Assembly: GCA_003614675.1 (NCBI GenBank)
Contig: ML002423.1
Span: forward strand, 1-32,386
Reading direction: 5' to 3'
Length of the DNA stretch: 32,386 nucleotides
Source of the DNA: Dimargaris cristalligena
Lineage: Eukaryota
In this document: positions 13,101 through 25,117 of the stretch, one piece after another
How the letters are laid out: every line of letters starts with the position of its first letter
How positions within the stretch are numbered: the stretch's first letter is position 1
Position numbers and translations under genes: made by a program
The notes under the pieces: generated by a model
What the model was told of the DNA's origin: nothing
The model's input: only the letters and a program-made list of their open reading frames with translations
The model's database searches: none

Positions 13101-16088
13101 GCTAAAACTAGCTGTAGCAAGTCGCGGTGGGCGATAGTTTCTTGGCCACCGTTTACCACGAACTGATTGAATTGTAAATAAGAAACAAGGTGTATTGTTG
13201 AATCTGTAACGACACCAGTATTCATTAACGCTCTGAAACATCAGTACACTGGTGGAAACGGCTAGTCATATACATAGAACCACTGCCAACAGCGACGATG
13301 AATCACCAATTACATTACTATGTGGTAGTCAACAGAACAAGGTCCACAATTCGCTGTTGATCCGTGGAACGGGCTGGTTTCCTATGATACTAAATACGAG
13401 TCCCTCCCAAAGGTTATTTACACTATTGATTTTTCATCATCACTTGACTGAATGAATACAGTGGTGGTGGTAACTCGGATAAAACGCCCAAAAATGGCAA
13501 CTTCGAATGAACCAGCTATTCTCCACCTCGGCTGGAACGGCCGGCTAATGACTGAGCGTGGGTTCAATAGTATAGAGATAGGTGATACTGCCCAAGGCAA
13601 GGGCTACCCATTGGGAGGTGGCCAGTACCGCTAGACCCTGTAACCGCTATTAACACTGGTCCCCTTGAAATCCAATACTTTGAACCGACATTCGCATTCA
13701 TACTTTGGTGTACAATAAAAGAAGGGGTGAGGATCTTTTAAAAAGAATGAAGCGTCGCGAACCCCCCCCCCCCAGCATTGGTGTTGTTAGGGGAGTGGGG
13801 AGGGGGGTGATTAGACCATAGCCCTTTTTAATTGGCTGGGTACGGCACTACCCCTTTTGCTCTCTTAGCTCAACATTCCCTTTTCCCGTTATTCAACTTG
13901 TGTCACCCTGGTCTCTCGACTGGGAAGTTGGGGGCCTGGTACAAGTGGTAGGTGATATTGATGGTGGTTGGCGGATATAGAGCACACCCTTGCCACATGC
14001 CGTGTGAGGCCTCCACCTCAAGCAATATGCCCTGGTCCCTGCTTTTATCGAGGGGGGCGAAAGCCGCTAGTATTGGGAACGCAACCACATACTGTATGGT
14101 CATGTCATCTTTACAACGAAAGAGGTTATGGTGCAACGGTTAGTATCACAAGTGTGACGCTGTCGGCGCCCTGATTCAATCCTACTAACCGATGGTCAAC
14201 AGCCAGACGGGAGACTCCGCGCTTAGCTGGGGAAACCGGCCTGGTCGCAACAAGCAGCGTCTCCAATGTTAGCCAATATCCGTTCCTCTTAGTTAACAGT
14301 GCCCAAGGCTACCATGACACTATTATACCAGAGATAGTCAAGGCGTAGATTATGCATTATATTTATCATATCACTTTGGCCATTTCAATACACCGACGGG
14401 TTGCTAATAGCTTTATTGTTAGGCGATCTACCTCCACCGAGTTGGGTCAACGAGGTGTTCTTGAGAGGACTGCCTTTAATCGGTTATGGTTGGTTGATGG
14501 TCTGTGCTTTCCGTATGCCTAACCAAACCCTGTGAAGGTTGTTCCTGGTAAAGAGATATCGGGGTCTATTGCAGAGTGTGGGGAAAAGTGATTTTTTCAA
14601 TAAGGGTTGTGCTTTCGAGCCAAACCCGTAGAGTTTACCAATACTAGAATGAACTAGGATGGTCCATATCTTATTGGAAGTGCCCAGCTTGAAGATAAGG
14701 CAGTATATGTTAGGCAATGTGATTCACCCTATTCCTCCCAACAGTACCTCACAGCTCATGGATGGAAGTGGCAGGAGTGGGGTGGGGGACTTAATAACCC
14801 CCCCCCCCTTTTTTTCGCACTTCGTCATTTTGTTAATCGCCCTCGCGCGATGTATCCAGCCAACAGCTAAGCTATGGATTCCTACTAGTGATACCAAAAA
14901 TTAAGCTACATTTTTGAAACTGACCATGTATAGCCCCCCCCCCCTTTGACGCCATCGACAGGGAATATATTTTATGAAAGAAGCGGAAATGAACATGATA
15001 CATTTATTCTCTAATGTGGCCCACTACGGTATTTGTGATTTATCGGATTTTCTGCTGTAAGGTTCACTCGACAATTTCAATTCACTACTTCACCTTGCAA
15101 TTCAATTGGGAGTATTCCCGGTTTGCGATCGGATTCCTTAGTATCTTCTCATTAGAGTTCGTAATACTTACATACCACGAGGGTGATCTAACAATTAGTG
15201 TGGTGAATATATGGTAAAATAGGAAGATGGGGTGGAGGCTGTTGTGAAAAGATGGGAGGGTGGATGGAAAGGTGTATTTGGGGTCTCTTAAATCAAGAAT
15301 ATTTTGGGGTTCTAAATCACTCGGCTCCTGTCTATTTTTTATTGCCATTGTAACCTACCTGACCCCCCTCCTTTAAATGAATACCTGGCACGGATACCCC
15401 AATATATTTTTTGTTCAGATTGTAGCGTCAACATATTCATACTTCAGGGTATTTCTGGTGCAGCATGTGGTGGGAATGGACCACGATTACAATGTTAATT
15501 TAAGGCATTTTTGGCTTACTTCCTATTTTGAGAGGTTTCCAGGCCACTTGGTGTAGTACATTTCTTCCATGTTGACCATTAATTTCCCTTCAGAGTATAT
15601 TTGGCCGAGCTGTCGTGGTGGGGAATAATAAGAGGAGAGGTGGATTAGATTCCAGGCTAGTCGAACGTGAGCTACATGATAGCTTTTAGGCTTTTATGTT
15701 TGTAAGCCACCGTCCGTACATTTATTACTGGAATTCCCTGCTATACCCCTGGGCTCCCATGCTTTTAACGGCGGATACTGCAGTACCCACCGGCATTTGG
15801 AATGGAGTAAGCTTATGGAAACACAATGTTGTGTGGATTGAAGACTTATCAAACGTCGAGTATAATAGGGAATCCAGGCATTTCTCAAGCGATAAACCAG
15901 TATCTCCCCCATTCATGTAGCATGTTTCGGGTTCGCTTGATTGAGGAATTTGGAAGGCGAAGAGGTCATAATATTTTTACCCGAACTACCAAAAATGGAA
16001 TTTATACTGGCAGAGGGCCGAATAGTTGACGTCTCGTGTTCACGGAGTCCCAGTGTGGTTACAGCACCACCAGGTCATTTTTTTTAAA

Positions 16089-16112
16089 TATATATATATA
16101 TATATATATATA
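16089..16112. repeat. (TA)12 microsatellite
   Basis: Directly visible perfect dinucleotide repeat. Confidence 0.95.
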
Positions 16113-16727
16113 TGCTGGAACACATGTCTCTTGTTGGGGGGGGGGTGTAGAAAGGGGTATACTTTACTTTAGGATATTGGGATTTGCATCGATTCCATAA
16201 GGCGGTTCTTCTACTAGAGAGGCCACGAAAATCCCACCAAAAAATAGGTTGGACCCTTCAGAAAATTCGATTGGCTTCACTGGTAAAGCTTTAATATGGT
16301 ATACCCTTCCAGTCACTGGAGCTTGGAAGAGTGTGGTCGGTAGGTGTATCCGCTCCTGAAAAAGTGTTATTCGCCCTCACCAGTTCCGATATCTCATTTT
16401 TTAAAAAATGAATTTTGGCGTTACTCTGCGTGCCATTGATTGGCAGTTATGGATACCTCGTTAATCAGCCATTTGGAAACCGGGCTTATCGTTAGATACG
16501 AGACCTTCTATAACTCCACTGCATATCTTTAATGGGGATTGAAGGTTGGAACTATTCGTTAGCTGTCAATATCGTATGCCGCCCTTTTTTTTATGACAAT
16601 CTCGAAGTTTTTTTTAGCGAGAACGTTCCAGGGTGAAGGACTATCGCTAGCTTTCGGTATTCGAGATAATAGGCGGGAGGAAACTCATAATAAATGACAA
16701 TCCATCTTTGGCTGCGAATAGGTTGGG

Positions 16728-16745
16728 TATATATATATATATATA
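16728..16745. repeat. (TA)9 microsatellite
   Basis: Directly visible perfect dinucleotide repeat. Confidence 0.95.
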
Positions 16746-17892
16746 TTAAACATGGAAGGCCCAAAAAGTTGGCCGTCGATGTGTCCGATGGAGGTCAAAT
16801 TGATGGCATATCACCCTGACTGTTTAAGCCAGCGACAGCCATGATGACTAACTCCATTTTGGAGACATCACATCAAACTAGTGAAATGCCTTTAAATTGG
16901 TCGATGACCGGCTCTTTTGAGTCCTTGGCCATTAAGCCAAACCAACTACCTAATATCGCAGAACGGTGGCCCATCGAGTCCTTGCAACAATAATCACAGG
17001 AAATGGCTGCTGTAGTATGCCCCAGTCGCTTGATATGGCTCAGGGTAAGAAAGTTGATTCAGATTTGTTGCCAATTAAGTCGAAAACTGCGGGATTGTTC
17101 CAGTGCTTCAATACCATTTAACTGGGTTCCCTTCATTTAGCGAATGTTGCTATAGTTCATAATATTTCGAAGAATACCAGTTTCCGAAGTAGAGCTGCTA
17201 TTGTTATGGCTATGAGCTAAAGCGTCGGAAAGCTTCTAAAGCGGATGGGATGTTACACGACCAGCGGATGTGGACGAGGGTAGAAAGGTAAACTGTAGAT
17301 TATCGCCATCCAAAGCCGGCCAGCTTGAAGAATATCTGAACCCAACATTGCCTTAATACGAGGAATAAAATTCCGCAAATACGAAGGGTCGGTCAGCGCT
17401 TTACAGGGCGAACACTCCAAAGGTATTGTGAATATCAAAGCCATGGTTCCAAAACCTTAACAGCCACTAAATAAGGAATACCCAACTTTGCGGACGCCGA
17501 GGTCGCTTGGGAACACTTTCATATCTCCCACTTTCCCCTTCCCAACCCTGTTCGGTCCGCCTCCCACACAGCCTGGAATCTGGGACGGTTTTGCAGCCAT
17601 GTCGGTCAACCGTGGGATACCAGTGTCCTTGGCCATTGGTGATGACGTAGAAAGCAGATAATCTATCATGCCTATGGTGAATACTTCTCCACTCTTCTAC
17701 TTCAACATTGCCTTCCACATCTCGTCCGTCCGCATTCGATTGACACTTTCTTATATCTCAATTGCCTGAGCTTGTCGCATTGGCCTTTTCTATTAACCTC
17801 AAGACCTCATTTACTTGCGGAAGTGGCACCCACCCTAATCATACACCATCCTCCAATCGTCCATTTGGACCTTCAGTAATACCGTTTTACCC

Positions 17893-19550
17893 ATGGACCA
17901 CTCCGAATTGATCGCCCAGTTCGCTAACATCGTGTCCTGCGAACCGGACCGGGCCCAGTTTTACCTCGAGGCCAACAATTGGGACATTAATGTAAGTATG
18001 CCCACCGCATTTCTCCACAATCTATCATCCCGCCAGTTGGCCGCCCACCTTCAGAGCTTCAGTCGTTCCCGTTTGGCTGTGGCTAAGGATCCGCCAATAG
18101 CCTAACCCCTAGCTAAATGGAAGGACTGTTATAGCTTTTATTTATCCTTTCCCCCCTCTCTCTTACTGTACGGTACAACCACCCTCCCTGCGCTGGTTTG
18201 TTTTAGGCGGCGCTGAGCAACTTTTACGAAGAACCCCCGCTATCCTCCGCTCTGCCAAGCACCACCAACAACCCTCCCGCCCCGTTGCCCGCCGAAGATG
18301 AATTATTCCAAGACCCATGGGTAGCACCCCGCACCCAGAGTGATCGACGGCGCTCGGCCGCCTCGGGGCCCATTCCAGGAGGGGCTCGCAACATTGCCCC
18401 CACTAGTGCACCTCTGGCGATGGGTCGCACCCTTAATGATCAGTCCGAGCCTGGCGTCGCCCCCGTAGGGGGGCCATCCGTCATGGCGTCTTCAACGAGG
18501 GCCCCGCCCGGTTCTATCTCCTCAGGACCTCGGATTGCCACTGTGGCAAGTCTAAGCAACTCCACCTCGCCCCCCGCCCAGGGGGCCGAACCACGGGACC
18601 CTCAAAACTGGTTCACTGGGGGCGAAAAGTCGGGAATGATGGTGGAGGCCCCTCAAGATCCGAATGAGAACTCGCAGGTGGGTGCGGCCTTTGATATGGT
18701 GCGCGGTATCCTACGGAAGGCGGCGGGATCCGGCCCGCCCGAGGGTGGAGCCCCCGCCGGTTCGGACGATGATGCCGACGACGACGAAACCAGTTTCTCG
18801 GGTAGAAGACAGGCCCAAAAGGCCCCCGCCCCAGCTTTCAAAGGTTCAGGAAATCGCTTGGGAACCCAAGAGGATAGCCAGGCATCCAGCTCCACCGTCC
18901 CCGCGTCGACTACTGCCGCAGCTACTCCGTCCAATGAGGTAGCCGAAGATGATCAGACCACCGCAGTCCGCTACCTGACTTTCTATCGCAATGGATTCGT
19001 TATTGCGGATGGTCCCCTTATGCGGTATGACGACCCCAACAATCAAGGCCATCTGGAGGCCATCAACAGCGGCCGTGCGCCCCTCAGCCTTCTTAACGTC
19101 CGACCCGGCCAACCCGTCGAAGTTCGGGTGGCCAAGCGGATGGAGGAGGACTACGTGCCCCCGCCCCCGAAGAAGGTTCCCTTCAGTGGACAGGGGCAAC
19201 GCCTTGGTAGTACCCTGGCCTCCGTAACTCCCACCGTTGGATCTTCGTCTGGCTCGACGTCGGCCACTACTAGGGCGGCCTCCACCCCGTCGCCCATCGC
19301 TGTGGACTCCTCCCAGCCGGTCACCTCCGTACAAGTCCGGTTAGCGGACGGTAGCCGCTTGGTGGTGAAACTCAACCACACTCACACGGTTGCCGACCTT
19401 CGGCGGTATATCCTGGCCCAACGCCCCGAAAATGCGAGCCGCTCCTTCATTCTGCAGACCAGTTTCCCGACCAAGACGATCACCGACGAGTCGGTCACTC
19501 TCAAGGAGGCTAATCTGATCAACTCCGTAGTAGTTCAGAAACTGGAATAG
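17893..19550 (+). CDS. SHP1: Cdc48/p97 cofactor Shp1/Ubx1 (p47/NSFL1C family), about 480 aa; join(17893..17991,18207..19550)
   Basis: Splicing restores the UBA-like N-terminus (LIAQFANIV..AQFYLEANNWDIN/AALSNFYE). Also present: WFTGGEKSG motif, SEP domain (LTFYRNGF..DGPLMRYDDP..INSGRAP), two SHP boxes (FKGSGNRLG, FSGQGQRLG) and a C-terminal UBX domain (VQVRLADGSRL..NHTHTV..SFP). Confidence 0.95.
17992..18206 (+). other. SHP1 intron, 215 nt, phase 0
   Basis: GTAAGT donor and TTTTAG acceptor; the join keeps the frame and restores the UBA-like domain. Confidence 0.88.
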
Positions 19551-20301
19551 GTTATTCTCGTTTGTTGGTGCCATATGACGTTGGCCTCCAAATGTATTTT
19601 TCTTTTCGTTCGTATACCCGGTTTGTGGGGGGTTTTTTACCAGTTTTCACATTATCCTTCCATTGCTTGAGCACCCTCCATTAGTCACCGCCCTAGGTGT
19701 TTTCTTCCATCGAACCGAATAGTCGTAATTAGGCTCTCAATATATAACTACACGTTATTCATCTACATTTAACCGCCTATTGTATTTTCATTCTATTGTC
19801 TAGCTAACCCTCGGCGACAATATCAACCATGAGCTTGGTTTTGCTTTTGCAGCCTGTCAACCTTTATTTTCAATTGAAAATAAAATACATTTTATCTTTG
19901 CCTAGTAAATTTTGTTGTAGGCGGATCCGTTAGCTATAGCCCTTACTGTTAAATGACCGCGAGGTGGAATATCTATTCCGAAGGGATGCCCTGCAGTTAT
20001 AAGCACTGCGGGGATATGGGGATCTATAGATCCGTTTTCTCTTGTATTGGGTCATAATACCAGGCAGTACAACCATAGGTATATATAGTTAGCCTCTAGG
20101 ACGATAACAACGTCCAATTGATTAAGACCCGAACTAGTCCAGCATTTGAGGGAACATGGCGTGACCCGGTTAATAGCACAATGCCGAATTTAGTTTTTAT
20201 ATATATTAAAAATGGTTTACTTGGATGATCAAAAGCAATATAAATGGATGGGAGAGGGGAGGGAGGGGATGTAGTAAAAGAAAAAAAACAAACCGGCCTG
20301 C

Positions 20302-21818
20302 CTAAGCCAATTCCATCATAGCCTCCGGGATGAGTTGGTCACGGCAGACGGCGGTCTGGATTTCCCGCCGAATTTCGGGGGAGACGACCTCATGGAACTG
20401 GTACTTGAGGAGGTTCAGCAGCGCATCCTTCTGGTCGGGACTCAAGTCTGACCGGTACCGCTGGACCAGGGTGAGCAGGGCCTGATGCCAAAGGACGGGG
20501 AGTTGACGTTTCTCAGTCTTGAAGCCGAGAAAATGGAACACTAGGGCATCAATCACCTTGAAGGGGAGGGCGTACTTCTTGTCGAGCAGGATGCGGATGA
20601 AGAGACTGTTGGGACCGCTGTAGTCCATTTGGCACAGTTTCATGAGGGCCGAACTCGAGTGCAGGGCGGGGAGACTCACTTTGGTCAGGACACTGCCAAT
20701 GATGACGGCCTCGCGCAGGGTACAGTTACCGGCCTTGCACAGCGGGAAGATGATCCCCTTGAAGAACGCTTCGGGCCGAAACACGGCTTTCTTCAGAGCC
20801 ATGTAGAGATGGTAGTTGAGTTTCTTATTGCGTCCAATGTCCTGGCGCACCTTATCCAACAGAACGTATTCGAGCATCTTCGACGACTTGTTGCCGCCCA
20901 GACCGTGTACGAAAATCTTCACGGCCTCATAGGTAGCGTTGGGGGTCCAGTTATCGGGTTCGGTGAGCATGACAATCTCCTCCCAGTGGGGGATAGAGGG
21001 GGCGATTTTGAAGGCCTTGGGTAGGGGGCCGGACTTGTAGCGGCTGAGGATGGTCCCTACTTTAGTGTACACTTCCCGCACCTTGGGATGGACGCGAGGG
21101 GCCGGGGGGTCAGCGGAAGCATTGGCTCCACCCCGGCCTGGCACGGGGCGGCCTCCATTAGCCTTCATTTCGGCCATCGCCTCTTGACGGGCGTTGGCTT
21201 CGTCGATCTTACTCATGATGATATCGGCCAGGGTTTGACGTTCGGCCGGGGCGTCAGGCAGGAACTTACTCATGACATGTTGGTCGGACTCGTCGATTTC
21301 CAAATCCCGGTAGTCACCGTCGTAGTCAGCCCCCGATTCGTACTCGTATTCCACCACATCTTCGTCTTCCTCCTCGTCGCTGGTGGCCATGTTGTCGTCG
21401 TGGGACGGGGCACCCCGTGCCCGCAACTGAGCGGTAGCCTGCGAAGTAAAGTCAGACCCATCGACTTCAAGTTGTTGCTCCTTGGCGATACGAAGAATCT
21501 TGCTGGAGAGTTCCGCCGAGACATAGTCCTATTTCCGGATGATGATGGAAAGAGTAGGTAGACCAGAGTGTATGAAGACAAATCCGGTTAGGTCAATAAC
21601 TCCAATAAGGAACGTCTGTTTAAAGGGGGGGAAATATACTTAATGGCAACGTATATATTTATATATTCGGGTTGACCTACTTCTGCCTGGTCCTCGCGCT
21701 GCTCTTCGCGCAGAGCAAACTTGGCTCGCTGCCGGAGACTCTTCCCCTCGTCTCCCTCGACCATGTCTTTGTAGAGGGGATCCTGGCGTTGCTTGCGGGA
21801 ATTCCTGACTTTGCCCAT
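20302..21818 (-). CDS. ENP1: Bystin / Enp1, pre-40S biogenesis factor, about 454 aa; complement(join(20302..21528,21681..21818))
   Basis: Bystin motifs YVSAELSSKILRIAKEQQ, TLADIIMSKI, LSRYKSGPLPKAFK, KKLNYHLYMALKKA..PEAFFKG, LLDKKYALP, LPVLWHQALL, EIRRE. Confidence 0.96.
21529..21680 (-). other. ENP1 intron, 152 nt, phase 0
   Basis: GTAGGT donor, CCTAAC branch candidate (21587-21592) and AAATAG acceptor; in-frame join QAE/DYVSAELS. Confidence 0.88.
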
Positions 21819-22189
21819 GGTGACGGTTGTGGCTGTAGAGGTGTAAATGCGGTAACCGGGTACTATGGGGGATACGAAAGGCCCTCAATAAAATGGTATG
21901 TGGAAAATAGAAACAGGTACTGGCGCTATAAATAAACGGACTAGTGGACAATGGGCAGGCTTAACGAACAACCCCTGCACAAAAACGGTAAACGGCAATC
22001 TGGATACAGAACGAGAGAAAAAATAAGGACCCTCAGTCGAAGACAACACTGTAGACGAAAGTACTTGATGTTTGAACTATGGCAAGTACCATTTTTTCTT
22101 GCTGCGTTTATCTCTAATTGCTTCTTTTCTTTTTTTCCCAACAATATATAATGATGGGTTAAAGTACGAGCAAAAGGGGGTATACTATA

Positions 22190-22197
22190 GTCACGTG
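22190..22197. promoter_or_regulatory. E-box GTCACGTG (Cbf1/bHLH-type site) upstream of ENP1
   Basis: Exact RTCACGTG match about 370 bp upstream of the ENP1 ATG. Function is inferred. Confidence 0.4.
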
Positions 22198-22507
22198 ATA
22201 CGACTCTAGTCAAGCGAGATCAATACGCTAGCTAGCAGTGAAATATCATTAGCGGCTTAGGATCTGCTTACTTGTCTCAAATAAGATATTTAACTACCCA
22301 CTTGAAAGCACTATATTGCATCAACATATTGTAACCTTTTCTCTAAGGTAGATTCATTCCTTGTTGTTTTATAGGGGTGAGGCGGTTGAATAATACAAAG
22401 ATGTAGGTCAAAACAGACTGGTACAACTGAAAATGCGTTGCATTTGAACCGGAAAACGTTAAAATAATATTAGCAGTAGGTGGTGGCAGTGCTATTATAA
22501 GCACAGC

Positions 22508-24615
22508 TTATTCCAAACGGTTAGGCTTAAAAGGTGGGGTGTCCGAGGTTAAGGCGGATGTGATATTCAGCAGCGACTTATCCGAAAAATTGTGATCCAA
22601 AAGAGCAGACGACGACGCCGCCGAAGTTGGCGGTTTGTCGCCAGGAGTACTGGTAATTGCGGGTAGAGGTTCTTCCACTGCTGGTGCTGTTTCAGTGGCG
22701 ACATCGTCCACAAACTGGATTTTAGGTCGACCAGTTGAAGCGGCAGGAATGAGCATAGGGCTACTAGTGGCCGCTTCGACGCTTTCCGACTCTTCCTCTT
22801 GGTCGTCTTCGGATTCGTCGGAATCGGTTGTCGTATCAGATTCGTCGCTCTCGGAACTGTCGTTGGACGATACCTCTAGGGCCTGTGCCTCCAGTTCGGC
22901 CAGGCTCCAGTCTAAGTCCAGTTTGGTAAGGACGAGGGCATCCAATTCTTTGGCTAATGACTGCAGCTTCTTGTCGCTGATGGAAGCAAGCCCATAATAT
23001 CATGTCAAAAGAGTTAGGTGCGTTGTTAGTACGTTATTATAAAATAAACACTAGTGGTCGATCATCCGATAGAGATACCCCTAGCACTCGAAAATCACCG
23101 TCCGTTAATAACCAATCTATACAAGGTTAATCACATTTCTGAGAGAATTCGTACTTGGATATACCAAACTTACCTGGCCCCATTCTGGATCCAGACACAG
23201 TAGTCATCGAACCATATTTTGCTGTAAACATAGTACGTGTCGTGGTGATCGAACATATCTTTCAAGTTAAGCAAAACCTTAACCAACGCCCGTCGGCCCA
23301 ATTTGAATATCGTTTGGGTGTCCCGCCACACGGCCTGGCACAGTTCCCAGTGGCGGTATAATGGGTAGGCCAAGGCCCGACGAAACGACGCGACTGCAAC
23401 TGCTTTCAATGAAGGCCGGTGGTGATCCAGGGCCGCCAAAAGGGAACTGAGTATCCCGACGGTCCAGACGGATTCAACGGTCGATTCCCCCAGAGTGGTA
23501 CGCAGGTTGTAGGAATAGGCGAAGACAAGGTCCACGAGGCCCAGGTACAGGGAACGCTCCATACCGGCATCGACTGTGAGTAACTTGCGTGGTAGCGCCC
23601 GCATTTGTTCTTGCTCGGCTTCGGTAAAGGAGGCGAGTAATGGAGGTAGGGTGGCAGTAGTCAGTTGGACCAGCGTCGACGACTCGGCAGGAGTCGATGA
23701 TGTCTTCGAGGGATCGGTTGTCGCCCCCGTGGAGGTTGCCGGAGTCGAGGTGGCTAGACTGAGTTGGGCCATTTGGGTATCCAACTCCGTCGATACAGCG
23801 GCGGCGGCAGTCGGTTCTACCGGCCCGGCCCGGAGCTGTCGGCGGATTTCCCTGAGACATTGTTTCCAGGGCGATTGGTAGGCCAACAACTCGGCGATTT
23901 CGTCATTATCGAATAGGTCCGATAGATAATAATCGGGGTCGAATTTAGCCTCTTCCTGGGCTATCCGCTCACGACGACGCCCCTCGGGACTTAGGGTTTC
24001 AGGAGACGACAGGCAGTTGATTTCGTTGCCCATTTCCTGGACATGGGTGAAAAGTCCGTGGTGTTGGTTTTCGAACCCGTAGCGGGCCTGATTCAACAGC
24101 GCGGGAGTCGCGCTAACCTCGGGCTCTATTTCCTGGGGCAGGTCCCAGTCATATTCAGCCTCCTCCTCCTCGTCGTCGTCGTCGTCATCATCTTCATCAC
24201 CATTATGGTCCTGGGCATGGGCTGGATCAAGATGGTCATCCGTACTGGGAATTTCCGAAGTCACTGTTTCACCCACCACTTCAATCAGGGGACCGTGCGA
24301 CAGCTGGGTCTTGCGCTCGGTAGTTGTAGCCAGCAGTTTACTCAACAGGTCCAGGTCGGGGAAATGTTCGCCGGGTTCGGCCTTGGATACCCGGAGCACT
24401 AACTCACCCTGTGCGATGTCGTATTTGGCGGTGGACTGGTCGTCTTCCACGACCTGGCCAGGAAACGTGAGTCGGAGAAAATAGGGTTTGGCGAAGAACC
24501 GTAGCTGGAAGTCTTGAATGTGAATGTCAATGTCCTGGGAGCGCAAATGCGGCGCATGGATCGTCACAACGACGGCCTGGTCGTCCTGGGTTACTTCAAA
24601 GCGCGGGGTTATCAT
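22508..24615 (-). CDS. SHQ1: Shq1, H/ACA snoRNP assembly chaperone, about 636 aa; complement(join(22508..22976,23174..24615))
   Basis: N-terminal CS domain (MITPRFEVTQD..FFAKPYFLRLTFPG..EHFPDLDLLSKLL..PLIEV) and Shq1 domain (YGF, KFDPDYYLSD, GESTVESVWT, RRALAYPLYRHWEL, DDYCVWIQ). The splice continues GA-S-DKKLQSLAKEL..LAELE. Confidence 0.95.
22977..23173 (-). other. SHQ1 intron, 197 nt, phase 2
   Basis: AG|GTAAGT donor, TACTAAC (23025-23031) and CCTAAC (23013-23018) branch candidates, CATCAG acceptor; frame preserved. Confidence 0.9.
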
Positions 24616-25117
24616 GGTGCAATAGGAGAGAATGCTTTAACGCCAGAAATATATATAGAGCGTGGCAAAAATATGAGAGAGGTTGCAATGCAGGAATGTG
24701 ACGGGATGCAAGGTCAAAAAAATAAATGTTAAAGTGACGGCTGGGCAATAGAGAATTGGCTAAACCTTTGCCCAAAAATTTATTTAATGGCAATATTATT
24801 TAGCTGGGCGTTTTTCCAGGTTGGTTGGTATATAATAGGGCCTTTCTGGAGTCACCTGATAAGCCAGTTAGCTTCCCTCCCACCTTGCTGGTCTGTCGAA
24901 ATGAGCTCGCATTCAAAATAGATTCAATATAAAAAATGGGCAGTCAGAGGCTGCCGTTTTTTTAACGAAGGTTTTACAGGCCTAACATCTAATTGCGGCA
25001 TTCTATAGGTTCATTCTCTCCTCATTCAGTGTTGCCTATTTTAATACCAGTCTCCCGCAGCCCGCGGATAATTTTAATTATCTTCGTATTGTATTGTGGG
25101 TCCTCCACCAGTTGACC
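24616..25117. promoter_or_regulatory. 502-bp divergent (probably bidirectional) promoter region between SHQ1 and TSR4
   Basis: Head-to-head ATGs at 24615 (-) and 25118 (+). AT-rich, with TATAAAA at 24928-24934 (+), TATATA near 24650 and a central AGTCACCTGATA at 24850-24861. Confidence 0.6.

Noticed and set aside
15551..15558. GTGTAGTA, resembling the U2 branch-pairing sequence
   Set aside because: Flanks do not match U2 snRNA.
16089..16745. Possible MITE between two (TA)n tracts with a central palindrome TCATTTTTTAAAAAATGA (16394-16411)
   Set aside because: No terminal inverted repeats inside the TA tracts; the palindrome is low complexity and a similar TnAn word occurs at 12970-12985.
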